Source: Tubiluchus corallicola
Taxonomy: Eukaryota; Animalia; Priapulida
Assembly: GCA_030141605.1 (NCBI GenBank)
Contig: JAQGDQ010000310.1
Location: 1 to 64,000, forward strand
DNA length: 64,000 bases
Reading direction: 5' to 3'
Below, piece by piece: positions 13,216 through 26,200 of the stretch; the first letter of the stretch is position 1, and each line of letters opens with the position of its first letter. The notes under the pieces are model-generated. The model had not been told where the DNA came from. It searched no databases and saw nothing but the letters and a program-made list of their open reading frames with translations. Made by a program: the position numbers and the translations under genes.

Positions 13216-16200
13216 CTGAAAGCAAACAAAAAGATCTATTAATGAGTTCAAGTCATCAACGGATAAATACACTAGTCGTTTACCATTAAAATTTATAATC
13301 AGAATACAGTCATACCTCTGTTTTCGACCCTAATTCGTTCCTAAAAAGTGTTTGAAAACCGATTTGGTTGAGAACCGAATCATTTATTCCCATAAGAAAT
13401 AATGTAAAAGCAAATAATCCATTCTCAAGCACCAAATGAACTGTAAAGTATTACTAAAACGAAATATAATAATGCAAAGATGATTATTCGAACAGTAGGT
13501 ATGATATAATTGATAAGAAAAACATAATAGAATTCCTTTAAAAGAAAAACATATCTGTTTCTGCACGAAAAAGCGGAGAAAAATAAGCGTAGAAAGCACA
13601 TAGCAATGTTAGGCAATTCAAATCTTGTACATGACTACTCTCGGGCGCGGTCGGTTACGCTCGGCTCGCCGTGCATGCGTTCATCAAGTGTTTGGCGGTT
13701 GGTCAAGTACCGAAATTCTGGGCGAGAGCGGAGACAATTTCAGCTCGAAAACCGATTTGTACGAGTACTGACATGTTCGAAAACCGATTTGTACGAGTAC
13801 GCAGACGGTCGACAATGGAGGTTATGTCTGTAAATACATTATACAGTAAATTATTACATAGACTAAACACAGTTTGAAAATTTAAGCAGCATACATCTTT
13901 AATACCAAAATATTCATAGCAGACATAGCAGAAATGTTGAAATTTGGGAACTTTGAGAAATTTAAGCAGGATCATTTCTGGAGAATGGTAAAGTAATTCA
14001 TGCAACATTTTTTATACTGAAAGGTACATATCACCGTCACAATGACTAGAGCTCAGTACTTATTTACAAACCTAAAAACTGGGATTTTTAACAATTTGTT
14101 ATACTTCGTACGGTTCAGCTACCAGAAGAGCTCAGACCACTGAGCATTCCAAGTTTTTATTTCCTTTTTAAGTGCGTTTTTAACTTGGGATGGTAAAGCA
14201 TTCCATCGCTTCGCTCGCAAGTTTGACCTTCACCTTCTGACTTGACCTTGCGGCACTAACAATTTCAAGGTATCCCTAAATCTGTATTCACTTAGAAAGA
14301 ATTTGTCAGCTCACTTTGCCAATGAGGTGACATTCTTCCATTGTTTTGAATTTGAAATAATGAAATTCGCTGTTACATGCATTTTGCCATTCGTCAGTGC
14401 ACGGGCACAAGCACCTGCATTTCAAAAATGCATTGCACAAAAACAGGTGCTGTACCTCTGAGTTCACGTGTGTTAGTTTGTGACGAACTACGCACGTTCG
14501 ACACATTACTTTCTACGGAAGTTTCAAGCAAGCAGAAACATGAATAAAACTCATCAAACATTTAACTGCCTCTAGAATGTATCTCAGGTCTTTTACATTA
14601 CTTTCTATGGAAGTGTTGGCTTCGTTTAACGACGTTTCGCTTAACGTCGCATTTTGTTGGAACACATTTGCATCGTTTACGCGAGGACTTACTGTACTTC
14701 TCACTCCTATCATTAAAAATTAATCTCATTATTTGTAAAAAATCGATTGAAGGTACCTCATTTTCACTTTCGACCATTGTCTCTACGTCAACCTCGGCAT
14801 AGTCTCCCATATCGCTGTGTTTTTCTGTTCGCTGTACGCCTTCCAGTGCCTTACTATTTGATGGGTCCAATCTAGAATTGAAAAAACAGAGTATCTATGT
14901 AACTACTTAGGAACCACATGAACAACTACAGCTAAACAAGAATTTCGTGAAACTTTCTACATGATTTTAAGCACGTGGAGCTAAATTTCGGAAGTCAAAA
15001 ACAAACTGTCTTTGATTAGCAAATTTTTATCGTACATTTTATAAATAAGCTTTTCAACAGGGGCGGCTCATGTATAAGTACTGTAGAACTGCACCACCCC
15101 CAACTTTCACTCTGTATTATCGATAATGTTCAATATAAAAAGACTTTTTTCTTTAGGTCTTTCGACATACTTGTACAGAACCAGAGCACGTGAGAACCTG
15201 AACCAGCACAGGTGTGTATGGCTGTTGTGCGCATGCGGTCATGACATAACAAGCTGTATGCTGCACAGCTAGTGCTGCTGCTAGGTAGAGAAGGCACTGT
15301 CGCTCACACAGTTTGTCGTCAGTTGTCACATGCTTAAAAATCGTGTACCGGCACACTGTTGAACTGCGACAATTTTGGCTATTCAAAAATGTAAGCAAAA
15401 AATTTTTTGTTTAGGATTTTATCAAGTTTGTGTACAAATTTTTGTATGTTTGTTTGTTTAAAATTACAATTACAAATTACAACGTTAAAATTACGTAATA
15501 TGTTTGTTACGTTTTACACAGTATTAAGACAATGGCTAAAAATTTTCTGAAGCAGCACCCCCCGAGTAATTCTAACTACAGGCTGCCACTGCTTCTCCCG
15601 GCTTTACTATACACATGAGAGATTTGCTGTAGGTCAAAGGTTAACTGAACCTAGCGTGTCTCATTTAACTACAATAGTCATGTCACCTTATGCACATAAC
15701 TACAGGTAAGTTGGTGAAACGGGTCAAACACGTGGTCATTTTTATTATAATACTGCACGTGTATAGTTCTAAACTAACATGTTATTCTTATCCGAAAATT
15801 GCTAGCAAAATAGAAGCAGCAATCCACGTAAAATGAAATAAATGAAGCGAAAATGAACGCTAAGAACTCTTACTAATACAAAGCATGGGATGCGAGGTGT
15901 TGTCAAGTGTAAACAAATGTGTTGTCAAGTGTAAACAAATGCATTGTTCGGTTCAGATGACGTTGTGAAGTTCACTTAACCTTTGACCTTTTCACGATCA
16001 TCATCAATTGCTGGAACTGTGAAAAGGCTTATTCTATCGGATACATAATACTCAAGTTTCAGCTAAATTTGCAAACATGTTGCTCATGACACAATTGTTC
16101 TAAAATTCGTGTCTCGTGACCATAAATGGCATAACCTGTAATGCTAGAGAATTCCAAAATAGAATTGCTTGCTTGACTATGGAACGAACTCTGTAATCAA

Positions 16201-19200
16201 GCAAGCAATTCTACTTTGGAATTCTCTACCATTACAGGTTAAACAAATCAAGTCCCGATCAGCATTAAAATCACTAATATTAACCAGATATGAAATACCA
16301 TCACACCAGTACGACAACATACACACTAATTCAGAATTTATATATCCACGGCCATATTAATTAAATCATAATTTTTTCATTTTTGTGCATAGTTGTAAAT
16401 ATGTTTGATTTTATTCGTCGTTACTTTCCATTACTGCACAGTAGTTTAGATTGCACTGACGCATTTGCCTTTAGCAGTGTAAGTTTTTATTAACCAACAC
16501 TGATTGATCATCTCTGTAAAGTTTTTATCAGTGATTATCAATGTATTTTAATGGCAAATAAAGATTATTATATATATATATCATTGAAATTATGCAAGCT
16601 AAAATACGTCTTCCATTCCAGGCATACATGGTGAATTGACACTTCACAATTAAGACTGAAAAATGCCTCAGCAAAAACTGATAAAAATTAAGTAATATAC
16701 TGCCGCTATGTAATCGACACAACTGCAAACAACTCAAATAAGTTTTGTTGCGTCAATATTTGTCTGAAGTTCTTGATATAAAAAAAGCACCAACAATTCG
16801 TGGAAAAAAACGGGAAAATAAAACCGAAACGAAATTCGTTCTCAACACCGCTAAGCTATTCCAAACACTCTGCGTTATATCTACGCCGATTGCACGCTGT
16901 TTACGTTTCATTTCAAGTGCATAACATACCGCAAAGCAATGTTATACTGGTCCAGCGCCTCCTGGTGTTCGTTATTACGAGACAGATAATCACCCAGTAG
17001 TTGATGTAGCCGACAGTTGCTCTCTAGTGCCAGCTGCTTTTTTAACCTGAAAAATATATGGTAAAAAACAGAGTCAATGCACCCTGCACATAAAAAGAGA
17101 GTTTAATTTAGCACAACTAGAGTTGACAACGTGCCAGACTACACTATTCGTATATTCATATTAAGTCAGTTTTTATATCTGATTATTCGATTTTTGTAAC
17201 TCACCACATGGACCAATACGAGTATAATCAGAGGTAAATTAACCAATAGGCTAACTAGGCTATAGCCTAGGGCATCAAATTGTAGAAAAAATTCTTATTC
17301 TCCTTGGAAAATGTGTATACTTTCATAGTCATGCAAAGGGCACATTTTACAACACACCACAGGCAGTTACAGAGGACAGCTTTTATATAAGTGCCACATA
17401 ACGAACAGGTGCAAGGTATTACACAACAAGCAGTTGCGCAGCCTGATTAAAGATAAGCGCTATGCAAATACATGTAATTAATAATGACAACGTAGAAATT
17501 AGGTTAGTAGTGTTTCTAACACACCACAACTAATTGCTTAATCTGCTCATTACATAAGCAATCATAAATTCACAATATAGAGATGGGCGGAACAGACACA
17601 TCTGTGAGTATAACCTCAATGTTGGCTAGAACTTAGCTCCTTATCCAGGATAACCTTCTATTATGAGCCAGTGAACAGGCAGGTGTGTTTCAGTCAAGTT
17701 CAACTGTGTACTCTAATCAGCAACAATTAGTAGGGCGAAGGAGACCATCCAGAGCGACCGTCAAATCCGAAGATTCACGTAAAGCACACACGTGACCACT
17801 TGGCTAAACAAAAAGTAGTGGTCACGAATCAGTCACAGGTAAACGAAAGTTAATAATTACAACCTTAACCCTTTGCCAAATAACACCTGTAATTTACATT
17901 AAATTGTTGGATCACGCATACACAGGTTCACCCATTCTTTAAAGGAAAACCAGATGATTGTGTAAGCATCAGTTTAGAATAAAGAATGCTCTAAAATATT
18001 GAAAACTGCAATGGCATTTTTAACAGCACCTGTTTGTCACATGCGCGTGGCCGATAAATAGAAGGCAGTACCGTGATAACCATGATCATGAACTGCTGTG
18101 TTAGTTTCTGACGTCATATGACGTTGAGCCCATTTTTCGTGACATCATGCGTTTAAACAGTAACACGCAAACATACTTGACACGCAAGGGAAGATGCTTG
18201 CCATTACGTAAACTGTGGTTAGTTTCTGTGTTCGGTTGCCGTTAATAAACTTTCTAAGCTAATTATTCAAATATAAGAAACAATTGCTAACTTTTATAGG
18301 CAAGAAAACGTATATTTTGACAGTAAATTAAAATGAGATTGAGTCTAAGCAATCGTCCGGTCTTCCTTTAATCTTAAAAACTAGCATCTGTACTGCCTCC
18401 CATGTTAACAAATAAAGTCACATTAGAAATGACGCAAAAAAATGAAACTAAACTGCTCTTGCAAAACAAAAATTTCCACAGAAACTGGGGTGCCGATTTT
18501 TTTCGCAAAGTTCACTTCAGGCACGTTTTATTATACATTACACCGAAGATCACAAGCCAGTATACACACCACAGCAGAAAACTAGAATATTGACACATTT
18601 GTTACAGCAAAACAAAAGCCAATGTTAAACTGCAGGTCAAAACAAACTACTCTTTAAAAAATTGAAAGGAAACGTATTATTTTACAAATACATGCATTTT
18701 GCCATTCGCTAGTTACACGGGCACTAGCACCTGCATTTTGGAAATGCATTGCACAAAATTAGGTGTTGTACCTCTCAGTTCAGATGTGTTAGTTTGTGAT
18801 GAACTGCACATGTTTGGCAGCTCATGCGTGAGCACAGCGATAAAGTTGAAATTTTATCTTAAAACTCGCCTAGTTTTAGTACAACACAGTGAATATCTTA
18901 CAGTAGCACTGTACTTCAATTTTCACTTTCGCAAAGATGTGCAACACGCTCGTGGAATGTTTTTGATGTTAAAACTTATGTTAGTTTGTGATGTCGTACC
19001 ACCATTAATTAACTTTTTGATCTATTATTTAATTATGAGAAAAGCTTTTGCAGTATTAAAATGTATACTTTTTGCCGGACTCGAATATGGGGAAGTATAT
19101 GAAAGATCATCCTGTCTTCCTTTAACTTCAAAGGCGGCTACTTTTCAGAAGCTTCCAGCAATCAGCCATTCGTATAGCTACAGCAAACGATGAATTACAT

Positions 19201-20257
19201 TACGTTACAAAGTGCTGTTAAAACTGTAACTGCTACTGTGACAAAACATTGCGCTAAAGTTCAGCCGCATTTCAGCTAAAGTTCTTTTTCAAATAACCAA
19301 AAAACGTATTACACGTTCAACAAAGATATCCCGGTGAAACAGAGTAACAGAGAGCGAGTAATTAGAATTACATACAGTGTAATTGCTTTCTCCACTTGCT
19401 GTTCGTTAACGTAAATCTCTGCTAGCAGGCAAACGGCATCCGTGTACAACATGTCCTGCTTTAATGCCTTTTCTAAGCACGACTTGGCCTGTAATTCAAA
19501 AAACCCCCGAGGGATGATTCATTTACAAAACAAATCACACTTTGTGGCTGCCAAATTCACTTAAAAATTTTGTTCATATATACATATAATGTTACGTAAA
19601 TTTATATACATATGCAGGTATATGTGTGTCATATGGATTATTATAAGTATGTCTCTAACAACATACATCATATGTCGTATAGCTTAGTGAAATTCGACAT
19701 AATTATACTTACCATACAATATTACTCAATACTTACAGTATTCCTCACATAGTATTATTAGTATATATGTACATGTATATATGTGTGTGTATGTGTATAT
19801 ATATATATACAGTCGACCCTTGTTAAACCGGACCCTATTAGCCCAGATATCGGATAAGACGGACGTCATCCGTGGTAAAGGAAACTGACCGATTTCCGAC
19901 CGAGTCGGAGCGCTAAACACAACACGGCCTACCAACTCACCACGAGCCATTGACGGGCCGAAGCGGCTCGCGGTGCCGCCCAGGCTGCTACGATTCCCGC
20001 CAAAATTCAGTTTGCTTACCCCATCGAAAGCACTCGCTAATTTCTTTATCCTCACAGGTTAACTATTTTAAAGTAACATACAGTATAGTATATATTGCAC
20101 AGTATATAGTGCAATGTATATACGCCTTATTAAGGTGATTATTCCTGTATAATATAGACCATATATAGGCATATCGGATAAATCGGACAATCGGCTAAAC
20201 CGGACTACCCCCCACCCCCAATTAGTCCAGTTTAACGAGGGTTGACTGTATACACAT

Positions 20258-20291
<34 letters not shown>

Positions 20292-23200
20292 GTATGTATA
20301 CATACACATACGCGCATGTATACATTTCCTAAAATTTAAAATTCTTTAAGTTTATATGCACATTTATAGCTTACTATTCATACTATTATGTTTTTATAGA
20401 GGCATTCTCAATTCTAAGTATTAAACGTTTTTTACGATTTCTGCACGACTTCATCAAATTTTTATACTATATTCAGAAATTAATTTCTGTACACTGTACA
20501 ACTACAGTATACTATAGAGTATAATATTAGAATACGGGCAACATGTACAGGACTGTATGATCGTATGTTGCCCTTGCATTTCACATTGTTTTGTTGTAGT
20601 ACTTAATGTAATACCAGTACTGTCCATGGGTGCGTCAACATTTATATTATTATATTATAAATGTTATAATGATATGAATGTTGGAATGAATTTTCACAAA
20701 GAAATTTTGCTCAATCAAAAAGCTTTTAAGGAGCTCCAAATACCACCATTTTTTCGTAGATAGAAAAAAAGTGTTAAACTATCATCTAGTGATTAGACAT
20801 GTGTGTGCTTGCAAACCAAAACCGTCCATAAGTCGGCATAGTTAAAACAACGTTACGATGCTTCAAAGTAGAGTGCTCCAAAATTTTGGTCAAATGTCGA
20901 TTTTTTATTTTTTATAAAAACCAATGCTAAATATTTTGGACTTTTATATTCTAGCTTCAAATTATAAAGAAAATGTTCAAAAAATACTAAAAATCTAATT
21001 TTATAGCTCCGTGCCCACTTTTCTGACTAGAAACTAGTACTACAATTGTATTTTCAAATTCCATTTTGCTTCGTGTTTTTCTGTCGCCAAGCCCAGATCT
21101 TCGTTAGGAAGCGTCATCTACTGGATTTAAACATAACTACAATGTGCTCTTGCAAAGTCCGTAGCATCCAACATTTGTGCGGTTGCTAAGTGTTTTGCAG
21201 AAACGAGACAAAAAACAATGGTTGACTTTAACAGAGATTTTCTCAAGATTATGTTTTTCAGTGTGTAGCCTGCACCTCAACTTCAACATGGATTATCTTA
21301 GCTTAGAAATAACATAGAGCGATGAACTTGGTATCAAAATGACCCTCATGAAATAGAGATTCAGGATATGTGAATGACTAGAAAGCTTAATTGCTGACGT
21401 ATGGACGATTTTACAATGTAAGCACACATTTGTAGAAAACAGCTCATATCTGTGCTTACATACGCAAAAACCAATTGTGTTAATTTAATCAGAATCTACT
21501 TAAATTTGAAAAAGTACAAAAGCAAATCAGCTATTTTTTTCAATACGGAGAACTTATTCATAAAATAACACCTGCTATGCTGTAAAAAACAATTGCATAC
21601 CTCCCACAGGCTACAAGACATTTTTTTTGCTCACCCTGTATATTTACATTCATCCCGAGAACAATATGAACATTCACCTTGTCGACTGTGGGTGCGTCTT
21701 TAGCAAACACAGATGTGTAGAGTGTAAGTGTCCTAGGCGTTTGACCCAGGTGCTTACAAGCATTACTAGCGACATTTTTTTGCTCACCCTGTACATTTAC
21801 ATTCATCCTGAGAACAATATGAACATTTACCTTGTCGACTGTAGGTGCGTCTTTAGCTAACACAGATGCGTAGAGTGTAAGTGTCCTAGGCGTTTGACCC
21901 AGGTGTTTGCAAGCATTACTGGCGACATTTTTTTGCTCACCCTGTATATTTACATTCATCCAGAGAACAATACGGACATTTACCTTGTCAATTGTGGGTG
22001 CGTCTTTAGCTAACACAGATGCGTAGAGTGTAAGTGTCCTAGGCGTTTGACCCAGGTGCTTACAAGCATTACTAGCGACATTTTTTTGCTCACCCTGTAT
22101 ATTTACATTCATCCCGAGAACAATACGAACATTCACCTTGTCGATTGTGGGTGCGTCTTTAGCTAGCACAGATGCGTAGAGTGTAAGTGTCCTAGGCGTT
22201 TGACCCAGGTGTTTACAAGCATTACTGGCGACATTTTTTGGTTCACCCTGTATATTTACATTCATCCCGAGAACAATATGAACATTCACCTTGTCGATTG
22301 TGGGTGCGTCTTTAGCTAACACAGATGCGTAGAGTGTAAGTGTCCTAGGCGTTTGACCCAGGTGTTTACAAGCATTACTAGCGACATTTTTTTTGCTCAC
22401 CCTGTATATTTACATTCATCCCGAGAACAATATGAACATTCACCTTGTCGATTGTGGGTGCGTCTTTAGCTAGCACAGATGCGTAGAGTGTAAGTGTCCT
22501 AGGCGTTTGACCCAGGTGTTTACAAGCATTACTAGCGACATTTTTTTTGCTCACCCTGTATATTTACATTCATCCCGAGAACAATATGAACATTCACCTT
22601 GTCGATTGTGGGTGCGTCTTTAGCTAACACAGATGCGTAGAGTGTAAGTGTCCTAGGCGTTTGACCCAGGTGTTTACAAGCATTACTAGCGACATTTTTT
22701 TTGCTCACCCTGTATATTTACATTCATCCCGAGAACAATATGAACATTCACCTTGTCGATTGTGGGTGCGTCTTTAGCTAACACAGATGCGTAGAGTGTA
22801 AGTGTCCTAGGCGTTTGACCCAGGTGTTTACAAGCATTACTGGCGACATTTTTTTGCTCACCCTGTATATTTACATTCATCCGAGAACAATATGAACATT
22901 TACCTTGTCAATTGTGGGTGCGTCTTTAGCTAGCACAGATGCGTAGAGTGTAAGTGTCCTAGGCGTTTGACCCAGGTGCTTACAAGCATTACTAGCGACA
23001 TTTTTTTGCTCACCCTGTATATTTACATTCATCCCGAGAACAATATGAACATTCACCTTGTCGATTGTGGGTGCGTCTTTAGCTAGCACAGATGCGTAGA
23101 GTGTAAGTGTCCTAGGCGTTTGACCCAGGTGTTTACAAGCATTACTGGCGACATTTTTTGGTTCACCCTGTATATTTACATTCATCCCGAGAACAATATG

Positions 23201-26200
23201 AACATTCACCTTGTCGATTGTGGGTGCGTCTTTAGCTAACACAGATGCGTAGAGTGTAAGTGTCCTAGGCGTTTGACCCAGGTGTTTACAAGCATTACTA
23301 GCGACATTTTTTTTGCTCACCCTGTATATTTACATTCATCCCGAGAACAATATGAACATTCACCTTGTCGATTGTGGGTGCGTCTTTAGCTAACACAGAT
23401 GCGTAGAGTGTAAGTGTCCTAGGCGTCTGACCCAGGTGTTTACAAGCATTACTGGCTAGAGTTATTGCTTCTCTTGTTCTGTGATTGGCTAGACAGCATT
23501 CGACCAAACCTTTATAGAAATACAAGACGTCAAAATTAACATCCAGCTATAGTTTCACAAAATAGAAATAGATTATCAAACGTCTTATGAACACAACTGA
23601 TGCAGTTTTCTGTCTGCAGTAACTTGCAGTCAGAACAAACTATATTCTGTTACATCATGTCGTGTCATGTCACGAGATGTTACGTAATGCTACCCTTATA
23701 TTACATTACATCACATTACACTACGTTACATTACGTTGCATTACTTCATATTACTTAATGTATTACAGAATGTTATGATACGTAACGTTATGCAATCTTT
23801 ATATTACGTTATACCTCATTGCACTACGCTACATTACGTTGCATTACTTCAATTTATTTAATGCATTACAGAATATTATGATACGTAACGTTATGCTACC
23901 TTTATATTACGTTACATCACACTGCACTACGTTACATTACATTGCATTATTTCATATTATTTATTGTATTACAGAATGTTATGATATGTAACGTTATGCT
24001 ATCTTTATATTACGTTACATCTCATTGCACTACATTACATTACCTTGCATTACTTCATATTATTATTATATTACAGAACGTTATGATATGTAACATTATG
24101 CTAGCTTTATATTACGGTACATCACATTGCACTATGCTACATTACATTGCATTACTTCATATTATTTATTATATTACAGAATACTATGACATGTAACGTT
24201 ATACTACATTTATATTACATTATATCTCATTGCACTATGTTACATTACGGTGCATTACTTCATATTATTTATTGTATTACAGAATGTTATGATATGTAAC
24301 ATTATGCTACTTTTATATTACGTAACATTACATTGCATTACTTCATATTATTTATTTTATATTACAAAAAGCAAAAAATAAAAAAATGCCTACCTTTGTG
24401 GGATTCGAACCTATAATTGTTGACTCTCAGAGCTTCGCGGAAATGCTGGACCGCCTCATTGATTTTCTTCAGTTCCAGTAAAGCCTGTCCTTTCAGCAAC
24501 AATGCTTCGACATTTCTCCCGTCTAGAATATACGCCTGTTCCGCAAAAAAACATGATTTAGCTGCAGTAAAAATGGTGAACTAACCTGAACAGAATGTTA
24601 AGAACTGTTCCGCAGTGGACAAAGTTACTTTACCTACCGAAAAAACGAACAAATTCAACATAGAACTAATTATAAATTCAATAGAGTATACCTTCTGTGC
24701 AAAGTACACTGCCCTGGTCACTTTTTTCGTAGCAAAACAGTGCCAGGCCATGCACGCCCACGGCTCCGGCGAGTGCAACGTCAATGACATTAAACTGTTA
24801 GCTAAACTGTAAACAGAAAACATTCGCACAAATTACATCGGTAGAAAAGCTTTAAATACGGTAAATTTCTTTACACTAGCAAAACTGTGAAAGACTATGG
24901 CTTTAATGAAACGAAACTAGCAGGTAGATTGCTAAGTCACTTAAGCAGAATGCTAGAATTACAACAGACATCGGAATAGGACAGAATGACGTAATAAATC
25001 GCAACTGATTTGATGAGCCATTCGCAGCTTCAACGTAAAAACAGTCTGTACCTAGAAACACGTGGCTTAATCTTTATGACTACTGGACGGATCAACCGGG
25101 TAGCAACCCAGGATCGAATCTCCTTAGGTTTGGCATCGTTACATAATCGCGCCTCGGGCTTGCGGCATCATGTATCAGTGTGATACCGAAAAGATACGCA
25201 CGATGCAGCCTCCCACCGGCCGTCAGTGGACGACACACAGAGGAGGAACGGACCTCGTACCGTATGAACCGGTACGCTGATCGTTCAGCTCATCAGAACC
25301 GTGATAATCAAATGCCGGGAAAGTGATGACCGTACGGCGGGGCAATAAGAACACACATTAGTTGCTGCTCCATAGCCCACAGGTTGCCGTCCTGCCACTC
25401 CAGTTGCCCGTAACACAGTTCTACAAATTCTTATACACCAGATCTACCATTTCTACAGCAACAGCAACAGCAAAAATTTCTTTGAAAAATAACAAGTCTT
25501 AGTGACAAATGATTCCACACAGTCTACATTATTTTCTTGAAATCTCACCATTCTAGTTCTTTGATCTTCTTTTCCTGAGCTAAAACAGCAGCTAGTAGGT
25601 CCATGTCGCGTAGCAACAACGGGTCAAGCGAATGAACTCGTTGTAAAACCACCAAGGCCTGTTTATACTGACCGCTAAGGTAATAAGCTTCACCGAGCGA
25701 ACACAGAACATCTAGGTTATCTCTTAGGTGTGTCTGGAAAGCACATAGCACTTTCTTGAAGTTAAAACATGAAAAACATGAATATGTCTATTAGTCTAGT
25801 AACCTGCATTTACCTGGAATTTATTGTGTTTATTTGTCTAGAGTCAGTTTTTAGTTTTTAATTATCCACAAGTTTCTTCTCCAATGTTTGCGACAGGCGT
25901 AATGTCATTGACGACATCTGAGTTTAATATTTGACAGCTTCACTAGACTATACACAGAAGGTGCTAACTCGTGTTTACATACATTCTCATGTGTTATCAT
26001 CATAAATATCCACAAATTTTCATTTTTTATACTGCATTTAGCAAGCTGCAGTCCAATCCACTGCAACACCCACTGCAGTTGAAGCACAAACCAGGCACTA
26101 CTGCATGCATATACTGATCCAATCAACACCCACTGCAGTTGAAGCACAAACCAGGCACTACTGCATACAAATACTGCTCCAGTCAACAGCCACTGCAACA

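Noticed and set aside
16628-16655. Possible 28-nt ANAPC7 micro-exon (AG...GTATGC)
   Set aside because: Exon 17046-16930 already supplies the homologous peptide and joins in phase to exon 14; the micro-exon would frameshift.
18699-19193. 164-aa ORF
   Set aside because: Lies within a dispersed non-autonomous repeat whose other copies do not keep the frame; no transposase motif.
21558-22400. 280-aa ORF as an independent repeat-protein gene
   Set aside because: It is the in-frame part of the exon-11 junction array, with no own start context or acceptor.
25272-25296. Hammerhead-like CUGAUGA plus stem (minus strand)
   Set aside because: Stem II is followed by GUAC rather than the required GAAA; the region is better explained as rDNA ETS.
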